From the NCBI GenBank assembly GCA_903828255.1, contig CAIKLQ010000998.1, positions 3,133 to 67,132 on the forward strand: a DNA stretch of 64,000 nt, read 5' to 3'. The stretch's first letter is position 1; the number at the start of each line of letters is the position of its first letter. This document shows, piece by piece, positions 18,095 to 28,200 of the stretch. Position numbers and translations under genes: made by a program. The notes under the pieces are model-generated. The model was given only the letters and a program-made list of their open reading frames with translations, was not told where the DNA came from and ran no database searches. This DNA is from an uncultured Verrucomicrobiota bacterium. GTDB lineage: Bacteria > Verrucomicrobiota > Verrucomicrobiia > Limisphaerales > JADLHS01.

Positions 18095-18352
18095 CTACCT
18101 CGCTATCTCCAAGCCCTCTGCGCCAGTGAAGTCCAGCGGGACGTGGGCGTTGACGAACTGCTCGGTCACCACGACGACGGGGTATCCCGCGCGCGTGATT
18201 CCGATGGGAGCGCGATTGACGTTTCCTTCCTTTCTCATGGCGACGGCTTTTTCGGGGCCCAGATGTTGCCAGATTCTCGCGGACAAATCGTCGAGCGAGA
18301 TAACCATGGTTTTCTGGGCTTCCGCGTTGAGCGCCTTGAACAGGTCGGCCAT
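18095..18352 (-). CDS. Small hypothetical ORF (uncertain)
   Basis: 85 aa with plausible composition (MADLFKALNAEAQKTMVISLDDLSARIW..). It lies downstream of, and co-directional with, the prepilin-like gene. No family recognised. Confidence 0.3.
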   Translation of the reverse strand: MADLFKALNAEAQKTMVISLDDLSARIWQHLGPEKAVAMRKEGNVNRAPIGITRAGYPVVVVTEQFVNAHVPLDFTGAEGLEIAR

Positions 18353-18399
18353 GAGCCAATTGACTCCAAGCTGGAGCCGGTGCTTGAACCGTTCAGCCG

Positions 18400-19275
18400 T
18401 TACGGTTTCCGGAAACTGGTCCGGGTCTTGAGCCAGTCGAAATCGGTGGTCGGTGTGGCGGGAAACGGTTTACCGCGCACGATGTTCTTGCGCGCCGGTG
18501 GTCCGGTCTGCGGAATCACCCAGCGATGCGACTCTAGGTGGCCATCCGCAAAGACGAGGTTGGCACCGCCGTTGTGGTACGAACCCGGCAGGTTGCCCCA
18601 AATGCTTTCGTCCAGCCGATTCACGAAGAAGCCGTCGTTCAGCGTGTCGCAATGCTCGTCGAGGAAAACAAAGATGCCCGACGGATTCGAAATCTCGCCC
18701 TGCTTGAAAAACTGCAAGTAAGCGGGGTTGAAACGGTTGGTCAACTCACCCGGATTACCCACCTGTGCGTTCATGGACATGCTGCGGATGTGCGGGCCAT
18801 TGAGCGCCGGCGCGCGATCCGACGGGCATTTATAAATCGCCGTGGCGCGGCTGGTATAAGGGCCGAGCTTGGCGTTGGAGAGATAAAGCAGGTTGGTGTT
18901 GTCGTCGCCGTCCTCCCAGTCCTGCACATTGTTGGCCCAGGTCTGGCGGCGGGCCAGCGTTTCCGGCACGCCGTGGTTATTGACGAGCAAGCCCTCGTTA
19001 TCGTCGGCATATAGATGCCAAGCCACGGCGAGTTGCTTGAGATTATTCGCACACGCCAGCCCCTCGGCTTTGGCTTTGGATCGGCCCAACGTCGGCAGCA
19101 ACAAAGCCGCGAGCAACGCGATGATGGCGATGACCACCAGCAGTTCAATCAGGGTGAACGCGGCCTCCGGTCGGCTGGTTTGGTCAAGCGGCGGGGCCCA
19201 CGCCCGCCGTGAAACTTCCGCCCCGCCGGGGGGCCGAACCAGCCGATGCGGGTTGCTGAAAACCGAAATATTCAT
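18400..19275 (-). CDS. Prepilin-type N-terminal cleavage/methylation domain protein (DUF1559-like)
   Basis: ATG at 19275 ([10 protein letters not shown]..) followed by [32 protein letters not shown], then C-terminal [12 protein letters not shown]. The rest of the 740-aa track ORF upstream is R/A/G-rich artefact overlapping the + strand gene. Confidence 0.8.
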   Translation of the reverse strand: MNISVFSNPHRLVRPPGGAEVSRRAWAPPLDQTSRPEAAFTLIELLVVIAIIALLAALLLPTLGRSKAKAEGLACANNLKQLAVAWHLYADDNEGLLVNNHGVPETLARRQTWANNVQDWEDGDDNTNLLYLSNAKLGPYTSRATAIYKCPSDRAPALNGPHIRSMSMNAQVGNPGELTNRFNPAYLQFFKQGEISNPSGIFVFLDEHCDTLNDGFFVNRLDESIWGNLPGSYHNGGANLVFADGHLESHRWVIPQTGPPARKNIVRGKPFPATPTTDFDWLKTRTSFRKP

Positions 19276-19548
19276 GGGAACGAGTTCGACAATCTGGTTG
19301 ACCGAGCTTTGCGTCAATGGGAAATAGCTCTTTCGCTCCCTGCGCCGCAAATTAAAAAGGCAGGACCGGCGCCGCCAAATCCACAGGAATGCGCGGGTTG
19401 CGGGTTGCGTCAGGCCCGCCCGCACACCACCAACGATTCTTAACACACCACGCAACAGCCTTCGTTCTGCCTTAGCGCGGCAAGTCACATCTCTCGCCTC
19501 GCCCCGCTTTCGCCTCGACTCCCGCTCCGCGCCCGCCAGACTTTCCCG

Positions 19549-20439
19549 GTGCGCACCTGCGTCATTTTCAATCCTGTCGCCAAGGGTGACAAAGCCCGGC
19601 GGTTTCGAGGCAGCCTGGAGGCCCTCGGGAAGGAATGTGTTTTGAAAAAAACCGCAGCCGCCGGCGATGGCCGACGCCTCGCGGCTCAAGCCATTGCGGA
19701 AGGTTTCGAGTTGGTGGTTGCGGCGGGAGGCGATGGCACGCTCAATGAAGTACTCAACGGCTTCGGCGATGCGCCGAACGGTTTTCAGCGCGCCTGTCTG
19801 GGCGTCCTCCCGCTCGGCACGATCAATGTCTTCGCGCGCGAGTTGAGTATTCCCCTCACGCCCGCCGCCGCGTGGGCCGTTATTCGGCGCGGACGCGAAA
19901 TCCGGGTGGACTTGCCGCGAGCTGATTTCAGCGTGAACGGAAAACGCGAACGCCGTTTTTTTGCGCAACTGGCCGGCGCGGGATTGGATGCGCGCGCCAT
20001 TGAACTGGTGTCCTGGTCGCTCAAGAAAAAAATCGGCTCCCTGGCCTACGTGGTCGCCGGGCTGAAAGCGGTGGCCCACCGGCGGTCGCTCATCACCGCA
20101 TCCAGCGGCCCCACGAGCCTGGCGGGCGAGTTGATCTTGATCGGCAACGGGCGGCGTTATGGAGGCAGCTACCAAATCCAGCCCCACGCCGATTTGCAGG
20201 ACGGGAAGCTGGACGTTTGTGTTTTCCCCCGCGCCGGCTGGGCAACGCTGCTCCGCTGCGGATTTCCGCTCCTGGTGCGGGGTCGCTTGCCGGAGCATCT
20301 GGTGCGGAGATTTACGGCAACGGACTTCACGCTCACGGGCGCTTCCCCGGCGGCGTTTGAACTGGATGGCGATCTCGTGGGTGCCCTGCCGGTGAAGTTC
20401 TCGGTCGAGCCTGGAGCTTTGCGGGTGTTGGCCCCATGA
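19549..20439 (+). CDS. Diacylglycerol-kinase-family lipid kinase (YegS/BmrU-like)
   Basis: [11 protein letters not shown].. and [16 protein letters not shown] form the DAGK catalytic-domain signature. GTG start. Confidence 0.8.
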   Translation: MRTCVIFNPVAKGDKARRFRGSLEALGKECVLKKTAAAGDGRRLAAQAIAEGFELVVAAGGDGTLNEVLNGFGDAPNGFQRACLGVLPLGTINVFARELSIPLTPAAAWAVIRRGREIRVDLPRADFSVNGKRERRFFAQLAGAGLDARAIELVSWSLKKKIGSLAYVVAGLKAVAHRRSLITASSGPTSLAGELILIGNGRRYGGSYQIQPHADLQDGKLDVCVFPRAGWATLLRCGFPLLVRGRLPEHLVRRFTATDFTLTGASPAAFELDGDLVGALPVKFSVEPGALRVLAP

Positions 20440-20565
20440 GTGGGCGAGCAAGCTCGGCACCCTTTGCCAGGGGGCCGAACGCTCCGAGACGTAGGAGGGG
20501 CGCGGTTTTGAGCATGTCGCCCGGAGCGCGGGATGGAGCATCGGGTTCCGCTCAGAATCTCGTGG

Positions 20566-20579
20566 AAGCAAATTTGCTT
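20566..20579. promoter_or_regulatory. Perfect 14-nt AT-rich palindrome AAGCAAATTTGCTT, candidate operator
   Basis: Read directly. It sits about 80 nt upstream of the ATG at 20659, in otherwise GC-rich DNA. Confidence 0.25.
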
Positions 20580-20658
20580 TGACAGAGCCTCGCGCAAAGG
20601 TTGCCATAGCTGGTGTCGGCACGATTGCCGCACGAAAATCCGAACCAAAACCAACACC

Positions 20659-21531
20659 ATGAAATCTTTGTCACAAAAAATCACCGCCACACTACTGCTC
20701 ACTACGCTCGTCACCGTAACCACCACCGTCAGCGCGTCCCCTATTCCGGAGGACGCCAAGATCGCTGGTTTCGCCGTGGGTTGCCAAGCCTACACCTTCA
20801 ACCGGTTCACCGCCTTCCAAGCGATTGAAAAAACCGCCCAAGCCGGCGGCAAGTGCATCGAGTTTTACCCCGGCCAGAAACTCAGCGCCGAACAACCGGA
20901 CCTGAAACTCCATCATGACGCTTCCGACGAAACCATCGCCGCGGTCAAAGCCAAGCTCGCCAAACACGGCGTGCGCGCAGTCAATTACGGCGTGGTGAGC
21001 GGCAAGGATGCCGCAGAGTGGCGCAAGATTTTTGAATTCGCCAAGAAGCTCGACCTCTACGCCATCAGCACCGAAGACGTGCCGCAACTCGACACCATTG
21101 AGAAGCTGGTGAAGGAGTTTGACATCCGGGTCGGCTACCATCAGCACGCGCGCCAATCGAATAATCCCAAGTACCAAGTCTGGGATCCGAATTTTGTGCT
21201 GTCGCTCGTCAAAGACCGCGACCCGCGCATCGGAGCCAGCGCCGACACAGGCCATTGGGCCACCTCCGGCCTCAAGCCTTTGGACGCCATTCGCATTCTC
21301 AAAGGCCGGATCGTAAGCGTTCACCTGAAGGACCGCCCCGTCATCGGCCAACAAAAAGAGGACGTGGTCCTAGGCACGGGCGTGGCCGACATTGCCGGCA
21401 TCCTTCAGGAACTCAAGGCGCAGGGTTTTTCGGGCAACATTGCCATGGAGTACGAAGCCAATTGGGATGATTCCGTGGCGGACGTGGCGCAATGTGTCGG
21501 GTTCATTCGTGGGTGGGGTACCAGCCACTGA
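20659..21531 (+). CDS. Secreted sugar-phosphate isomerase/epimerase (xylose-isomerase-like TIM barrel)
   Basis: ATG at 20659 gives the signal peptide [30 protein letters not shown].., ..VGYHQH.., ..ADTGHW.. and ..SVHLKD follow the AP_endonuc_2/TIM-barrel pattern. Confidence 0.7.
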   Translation: MKSLSQKITATLLLTTLVTVTTTVSASPIPEDAKIAGFAVGCQAYTFNRFTAFQAIEKTAQAGGKCIEFYPGQKLSAEQPDLKLHHDASDETIAAVKAKLAKHGVRAVNYGVVSGKDAAEWRKIFEFAKKLDLYAISTEDVPQLDTIEKLVKEFDIRVGYHQHARQSNNPKYQVWDPNFVLSLVKDRDPRIGASADTGHWATSGLKPLDAIRILKGRIVSVHLKDRPVIGQQKEDVVLGTGVADIAGILQELKAQGFSGNIAMEYEANWDDSVADVAQCVGFIRGWGTSH

Positions 21532-21577
21532 CGCGCCACTGGCGCGGGCGCTCAATCCCATACCCGAAACGGGATTG
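21532..21577 (+). terminator. Two stem-loops directly after the stop codon (candidate terminator, no U-tract)
   Basis: cgcgcc-act-ggcgcg (21532-21546) and caatccc-atacccgaaac-gggattg (21553-21577). Confidence 0.25.
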
Positions 21578-21954
21578 CATTCAGTTCCAGGAAAACTCCG
21601 CAGCGTGGGCATTTGTCCGGCTGCTGTGATTCCCGGATGCGATGCCGCCCCGAAATCGCGCAAGCTGGCTTGAATTGCCGCCAGCGTGAGCGTGTCCTGC
21701 CCGGGAACGGAAGGCGATCCAGCACGACGGAAAGAGGCGGCGCGGTTCTCGGCAGTTTGGGTTTGCCCGACAGCCGCGTCCCTGCGCCCGCGTCTGCGGC
21801 AAGGCGCGGCGCGGCCACGTTCAACAATGTGACCGCGTCATGGGGTTCCCGATTCTCGAAGCACAGGATGGTTTGGAGGGCGCACTGCGCACCCTCGGCC
21901 GCGCCGCCGGAAACTTTGGCGCGGTATTCGCGTTTTATACATTCGGCTGTGAAA

Positions 21955-22614
21955 CCTCGCGGCACTTATCAGATTTCGGCCTGCAAAAACCCGAACAAAT
22001 CCACGTCCTACCGCATCACCGGCATCCAGCCCAACGGTCTCCGCGTCCGTGAAAACTACAAGTCCGAACCTGAGGCTTTTACCCGCAAACCGCAACTCGA
22101 AATCGAGGCCCTCAACTTCGCCCCTGAGAAACACATCACCACCACCCGGCTCACCCCGGCCCAAGAAGCCGACGCCGAGCGCGCCTTTGCCGAACTCGGC
22201 CCGCGCCCGCTCCTTCCCGCCAACCTCCGCGAAGGGTTGTTGCCCCACGCCCTCCGCAAAACGCCGTTCCGTGGTGCCAACTGGCGCCGCGACTTCGATG
22301 CCCTCAATCTGGCGCTGGGCTTTGGCAATCCCGACCAGCGTCCGCGCCGCACGGAAACCGATGCGGAGAAGACGCAACGGAAGGCGCTGCAACTCTGGAC
22401 TCAGGACATTCTGCAGCACACGGCCATCAGCCATCACTTGGCGTATTTCCAGCACGAAGGCAAAACCGCCGAGTGGGCGGGCAACAGCCCCGACATCATT
22501 CAGCGCCATTACAAAGGCTTGGCCAAACCAGCCGACGCGAAAGCATTCTGGACCATCACCCCGGTCGCCCTCGAAAACCAGAGCCTTCCGTTGCCCGCTC
22601 AAGTTGCAGCGTGA
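21955..22614 (+). pseudogene. Tyrosine recombinase/integrase remnant (catalytic core largely deleted)
   Basis: The N-terminal YQISACKNPNKSTSYRITGIQPNGLRVRENYKSEPEA resembles an integrase arm/SAM-like region. The C-terminal LQHTAISHHLAYFQHEGKTAEWAGNSPDIIQRHYKGL resembles the HxxR...Y box. It is too short (about 220 aa) and has no proper start. Confidence 0.45.
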
Positions 22615-22774
22615 ACCAACGCTCGCAAGGCTCGCGCGACCCAAACCGCCCCTCCGCCCAAGTAAATTTTTCCTAACGTTTTGCAGCTTTGTGACGGGGC
22701 GACTGAGTGTTAAATAGCTTACTGCTAGCTAAACAATGATTGCTTTTTGATTGTTTTATATTCACTCTGTACAC

Positions 22775-22993
22775 ATGGAAAACAACGATAAACGCACAAT
22801 GACGCTGAATCTAACGCCCCGGGAAATGGCCGTGTTGGAAGATTTGGCGTCGAAGAAAGATCTCAGCAAGACGGGAGTGATGCGCTTGGCGCTGCGATTG
22901 TTGCAGGCGGTTGACGCGAAGATTCGTATGGGCCAGAAACTCATGTTTGAGGATGAAAAAACCAAGGAAAAGAGCGAGCTGGTCCTGATCTGA
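22775..22993 (+). CDS. Ribbon-helix-helix (CopG/Arc-type) antitoxin-like protein
   Basis: 72 aa. MTLNLTPREMAVLEDLASKKDLSKTGVMRLALRLLQ follows the beta-strand plus two-helix RHH pattern. Low GC. It ends 1 nt before the next ORF. Confidence 0.65.
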   Translation: MENNDKRTMTLNLTPREMAVLEDLASKKDLSKTGVMRLALRLLQAVDAKIRMGQKLMFEDEKTKEKSELVLI

Positions 22994-22994
22994 T

Positions 22995-23600
22995 ATGGAA
23001 GAATCCCGCGTCTATCTGAAGAAAGTGGCAACCGGGGAATTGGTGGAGGCCAGTTTATTGGATGAGGTCACAGATAAGCACTTGGCCCGGTGGAGCAGTT
23101 CGTGGCAGCCGGTCATGCAGGCGCACTCTGTGGGTCGGGTTTTCCGGGATAAGCCCGAAGACCATCACTGGGATTGGACGAGGAAGGCGGGCGAATGATG
23201 TCCGCTGCTCGGCTACCATTCCTTCGCTGTCACGTCTGAGGGAGACTTGCAGGGCTTGATGCTCGCAAGTGGTTTCAAATCCGCACGCGTTCAAGCTCAA
23301 TTTGGCAAGCCCATCGTGTATGTGGAGTTCCTGGCGACCGCACCGTGGAATCGGCCCGAAATCCAGAAGCCTCCACGCTTTCGCGGTATCGGGACAGTCA
23401 TGGTCGCAGCAGCGGTGGAGGTAAGTTGGGAATTGGGATACCGGGGGCTCATGGGCCTCCCCATTCCCTGCTGGCGGCGGAGTTGTTTTACCGAGACACT
23501 TGCAGAATGACTGAACTGGGGAAGGACGCGGCGCATTAGGGATTGATGTATTACGAAATGACAGACAACCAGGCGGAAGAATGGGTGAGGACGCGGGCTT
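22995..23600 (+). pseudogene. GNAT-type toxin gene, disrupted
   Basis: The reading frame continues through an in-frame TGA at 23196-23198 (..WTRKAGE*CPLLGYHSFAVTSEGDLQGLMLAS..). There is a frameshift near 23460 (..GYRGLMGL / HSLLAAELFYRDTCRMTELGKDAAH) and a TAG at 23537-23539. Confidence 0.55.
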
Positions 23601-23712
23601 GGGATTCGCACCTTTCTCATTGCGGAGGTCGGGCTAAATCGGGCGGACAACTTTGCAAAACTTGACCTAGATCAAAGTCCGCGGTTCGCGCGTCGGCTAG
23701 CTTGGACGCGCG

Positions 23713-25248
23713 ATGAAGAAAAAATCTTTACCTCTTTGCCTCCGCGCAAGTTTGATCGCGTCCTTTATTTGCATGGGGGCCGCCCCCGCTCCCGCTCTCG
23801 TGCCGGCCCAGGCGCTCTACGAGCAGCAGTGCGCGGCGTGTCACGGCCTCAACGGCGACGGCAACGGGCCGGCCGCCGTCTGGGTTTACCCCAAGCCGCG
23901 CAACTTCAGCGCGGGCTTGTTCAAAATCAAATCCACGCCCGGCACGGCGCTGCCGACGGACGAAGATTTGTTCCAATCGGTCACGCGCGGATTGCCCGGC
24001 AGTTCCATGCCAAGCTTTTCGTATCTCCCCGAGTCGCAGCGGCGCGAGTTGGTTCAATATGTCAAATACCTGACCAGCTTCGTGGACCAGTCGGGCAAGC
24101 GCGTCAACCGCTTCGAGGCCGCCGCTGCCGGCGGAACGCTCGCCCAGTCGGTGGTCGTGCCGCCGGAAACGCCCAACACTGTCCAGGAACTCACCTTGGG
24201 CCGCGAGACCTTCAAGAAAATGCAGTGCGCGCTTTGCCACGGCGAAACCGGCGCGGGCGACGGTCCGCAAGTGCCGACGCTCAAGGACGCTGCCGGACTC
24301 CCGATCCGCCCGCGCGATTTCAACACCGGCTTGTTCCGCGGCGGTCATACGGGGCGCGATCTTTATCTCCGCATCCACAACGGGCTGGCCGGCACCCCGA
24401 TGGTGCCCTACGGCAGCGACGTGATGAAACCCGAGGAACGCTGGGCGCTCGTTCACTTCGTGCAATCACTGCGCCGCACGGATATTTCAGTCAATGATCT
24501 GCTCACGCCGGAGGATGCGGCCATTCACGTGAAGCAGGTCACTCAGCTTGCCACGGATCCGATGGACAATTACTGGGAGACGCTGGATCCCGTGCGCGTG
24601 CCGTTGAACCCGCTCTGGCCGGAGCCGAATCAGGTTTACGCCGTCTCCGTCTCGGCGGTGACCGACGGCAAGAAACTGGCGGTGTTGCTCCAGTGGCGGG
24701 ATGAGTTGCCACAGACGAGCGCGATTCGCGTGCAGGATTTCCAGGACGGCGCGGCGCTGCAATTTTCCATGACCGGGCGCTTCCCGTTCCTCGGCATGGG
24801 CGACACGAACAACCCCGTCAATCTCTGGCAATGGAAAGCTGGCTGGCAGGCGGAGGTCGGCAGCCACGCGCCCGACGTGCGTGACGCCTACAACTCCATG
24901 CATGTGGATACTTACTTCCAAGAAGACCGCCACTTCGCCACCGCCCGGGACGCGGGAAACGTGATCTCGCAGTTGCACAAGTCACCGGTCGAGGATGCCA
25001 ATGCGCGCGGCTTCGGCTCGTTCAAGTCCCAGCCGATCGCGCAGCAAAACGTGGCCGGCAAGGGCGTGTGGAACGACGGCTTCTGGCATGTGGTATTCAT
25101 CCGCGACTTGAAATCTCCCGATGCGGACGATGTGAAGTTTGCCCCGGGAACGTCCGTGCCGGTGGCGTTCGCCATCTGGAATGGCGAGCAGCGCGACCGG
25201 AATGGCCGCAAGATGATCAGCAACTGGTACCAATTGCTTTTCGACTGA
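23713..25248 (+). CDS. Gamma-type subunit: dihaem cytochrome c fused to EbdC/NxrC-like haem-b (EB_dh) domain
   Basis: 511 aa with a signal peptide. CAACH at 23830-23844 and CALCH at 24226-24240. The C-terminal half ends ..VPVAFAIWNGEQRDRNGRKMISNWYQLLF, typical of type II DMSO-reductase gamma subunits. Confidence 0.75.
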   Translation: MKKKSLPLCLRASLIASFICMGAAPAPALVPAQALYEQQCAACHGLNGDGNGPAAVWVYPKPRNFSAGLFKIKSTPGTALPTDEDLFQSVTRGLPGSSMPSFSYLPESQRRELVQYVKYLTSFVDQSGKRVNRFEAAAAGGTLAQSVVVPPETPNTVQELTLGRETFKKMQCALCHGETGAGDGPQVPTLKDAAGLPIRPRDFNTGLFRGGHTGRDLYLRIHNGLAGTPMVPYGSDVMKPEERWALVHFVQSLRRTDISVNDLLTPEDAAIHVKQVTQLATDPMDNYWETLDPVRVPLNPLWPEPNQVYAVSVSAVTDGKKLAVLLQWRDELPQTSAIRVQDFQDGAALQFSMTGRFPFLGMGDTNNPVNLWQWKAGWQAEVGSHAPDVRDAYNSMHVDTYFQEDRHFATARDAGNVISQLHKSPVEDANARGFGSFKSQPIAQQNVAGKGVWNDGFWHVVFIRDLKSPDADDVKFAPGTSVPVAFAIWNGEQRDRNGRKMISNWYQLLFD

Positions 25249-25290
25249 GATAAACCCCACGCCGCAAACCCCGATTTACCGAGCAAAGCT

Positions 25291-28200
25291 ATGAACGATA
25301 ATCTTTCCCGCCGCTCCTTCCTCCAACGCAGTGGCCTCGCCGGTGCGGGCCTCACCGCCGCCCAGTTCCTGCCGTTGCGTTTCCTCCAGGCGCAACAGTC
25401 TGCCGAGGATGTGAGCAATCCGCTCGCGCACTACCCCAACCGCAACTGGGAGCAACAGTATCGCAATCAATACGCCTACGACCACCAGTTCTCTTGGGTC
25501 TGCGCGCCGAATGACACGCACAATTGCCGCATCACTGCCCACGTTCGCAATGGCGTCATTGTGCGGCTTGGCGAGGAATACGACATCGCCGACTACTCGG
25601 ACCTCTACGGCAATCACGCCACCGCTGCTTGGGGCAATCGCCATTGCGCGAAGGGCTACACCTTCCACCGCATCCTTTACGGCCCGTATCGGCTGAAGCA
25701 TCCGATCGTGCGGCGCGGCTGGAAGCGTTGGGCGGACGACGGTTTCCCCACGCTCACCGCCGAGGTCAAAGCCAAATACAAGTTTGATTCGCGCGGCACG
25801 GATAAGTTCGAGCGCCTGTCGTGGGACGACGCGTTCACCTATATCGCGAAAGCTACCAAGGCCATCGCCACACGTTATAGCGGTGAAGCGGGCGTGAAGC
25901 TCCTCGAATCGCAAGGTTATCCGAAGGAGATGATTGATGACATGGGCGGCGCAGGCACACGCACTATCAAGATGCGCGGCGGCATGGGCTTGCTGGGCGT
26001 GCTGGGCAAGTATGGCATGTATCGCCTGTGTAATTCCCTCGCGCTGCTGGACGTGAACATCCGCGGCGTGAAACCGGAGGAAGCCAAGGCGGGTCGCGTC
26101 TGGTCGAATTACACCTGGCACGGCGATCAAGCTCCCGGCCATCCGTGGGTGCATGGCTTGCAGAACAGCGAGTCGGACTTCAACGATCTCCGCAACTCGA
26201 AGCTCATCATCATGAACGGGAAGAATCTCGTGGAAAACAAAATGGCCGACGCGCATTGGTTCGTCGAAGCCATGGAGCGCGGGGCGAAGATCGTCGTCAT
26301 CGCGCCCGAATACGGCGCGCCGTCCACGAAGTCGGATTACTGGATACCGGTCCGTCCCTCCACGGACGCGGCATTGTGGCTCGGCGTGACGCGACTGATG
26401 ATTGATAACAAGTGGTATGACGAAGCGTTCGTAAAGCAGTTCACGGATTTCCCATTCCTCATTCGCAAAGACAATCTCAAGCGGCTGCGCGCCTCGGAAG
26501 TGTTCGCCAACTACACCAGCACCTTGCCCGCCGATGGTCCGAGCAAGAAGGTCCAGAACATCACGGACGATCAACACAAGAAGCTCGGCGATTATGTGGT
26601 GTGGGATGCGAAATCCAATTCCGCCAAAGCCGTCACACGCGACATGGTGGGTGAGACGTTCGCCAAATCCGGTATTGATCCCCAGCTCGATTTCAACGGG
26701 AAGGTGAAGCTGACCGACGGCAGCGAAGTCGAAGTAGCTACGTCCTGGAGCCTCTACCAGGTTCATCTCAAGGACTACGACCTCGACAGCGTTTCCGAAA
26801 TCACGAGCGCGCCAAAGGAATTGATCGAGCGGCTGGCCAAGGACATCGCGACGATCAAGCCGACTTCGCTGCATCAGGGCGAAGGCATCAACCACTGGTT
26901 CCACGCTACCGAGGCGAATCGCGCGGCGTATTTGCCGCTCATGCTCACTGGCAACATTGGCAAGCCCGGCGCGGGTTGTCATGGTTGGGCAGGGAACTAC
27001 AAGGCGGCTTTGTTCCAGGGCAGCAAGCTTACCGGGCCGGGCTTCAAAGGCTGGGTGGGCGAAGATCCGTTCGAGCAGAATCTGGATCCCAACGCGCATG
27101 GCAAAGACATCAAAGCCCATGCCTACACGAAGGACGAAGAGCCCGCCTATTGGAATCACGGCGACCGCCCGCTCATCGTCAACACCCCCAAGGAAGGCCG
27201 CAAAGTCTTCACCGGCAAATCGCACATGCCGTCGCCGACGAAGGCGATTTTTACGACCAACGTCAACCTGATCAACAACGCCAAGTGGGCTTACGGCATG
27301 ATCAAGAACGTCAACCCGAACGTGGAGTTGATCGTGACGATGGATACGCAGATGACCGCGAGCGTGGAGTATTCCGACTTCGGACTGCCGGCGAATTCGT
27401 GGGTGGAGTTTCAGGACCTCGAGATCACGGCGAGTTGTTCGAATCCGTTCCTGCAAATTTGGAAGGGCGGCATCAAACCGGTTTACGATTCCAAGGACGA
27501 CCTTTCCATCCTGGCCGGCATCGGGGAAGCGCTTGGCAAACTTACCGGGGACAAACGGTTTCACGATCACTTCAAGTTCGAGCATGAGGGCAAGCGCAGC
27601 ATCTACATCCAGCGCCTGCTCGACTCCTGCACCACCACCGCCGGTTACCAACTCAGCGACATCATGGCCGGCAAATACGGCCCGCCGGGCGGCTGTCTGA
27701 TGCTGTTCCGTTCGTATCCGCGCATTCCGTTCTACGAGCAGATTCACGACAATTATCCGTTCTACACGGACACCGGGCGGCTGCATTCCTACAGCGACGA
27801 TCCGACGGCGATTTCCTGTGGCGAGAATTTCATTGTCCATCGCGAAGGCCCGGAGGCCACGCCCTATTTGCCGAATGTCATCGTCAGTTCCAATCCGCTG
27901 GTGCGTCCGAACGACTACGGCATTCCGCTTGACGCCGAGCATTGGGACGAACGCACGGTGCGCAATGTGAAGATGAGTTGGGCCGACACCAAGAACTCGA
28001 AGAACTTTCTCTGGGAGAAAGGGTTTCAGTTCTACTGCCTCACGCCCAAGTCGCGCCACAGTGTCCACTCGTCTTGGGCGAACGTGGACTGGCATCTCAT
28101 CTGGAACTCGAACTTCGGCGATCCCTATCGCTTGGATAAACGCCTGCCGAACGTTGGCGAACACCAGATTCACATGAACCCGCAGGCCGCGCGCGATCTC

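Larger units (their letters stand above)
21600..23660. mobile_element. Decayed integrative-element remnant (integrase fragment plus RHH/GNAT toxin-antitoxin relic)
   Basis: A truncated tyrosine-recombinase ORF and a visibly AT-rich patch at 22680-23050, followed by an RHH gene and a GNAT gene with a stop and a frameshift. Confidence 0.4.

Noticed and set aside
18400-20622. Track ORFs with long N-terminal extensions: 740 aa at 18400-20622, plus 8502-9395, 16636-17994, 20533-21531, 33512-35008, 41064-42284 and 57753-60278
   Set aside because: In each case a downstream in-frame ATG is followed by a clear signal peptide or conserved N-terminus. The upstream extension is low-complexity or overlaps another real gene. 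Shorter coordinates are reported instead.
21532-21955. tRNA gene or attachment site next to the integrase remnant
   Set aside because: No cloverleaf with a GGTTCGAATCC-type T-arm could be found by eye. ggggttcccgattctcg near 21841 lacks the pairing partners.
23196-23198. In-frame TGA in the GNAT gene as possible selenocysteine or programmed readthrough (it is followed by a Cys codon)
   Set aside because: The same gene also has a frameshift near 23460 and a TAG at 23537-23539. No SECIS-like hairpin is obvious just downstream, and the context is a decaying mobile element. A nonsense mutation in a pseudogene is the simpler reading.
23511-23712. Moco riboswitch in front of the molybdoenzyme operon
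   Set aside because: The roughly 110 nt free of pseudogene sequence show none of the conserved Moco-motif stems or the CCUCC-type features. This cannot be excluded without cmscan.
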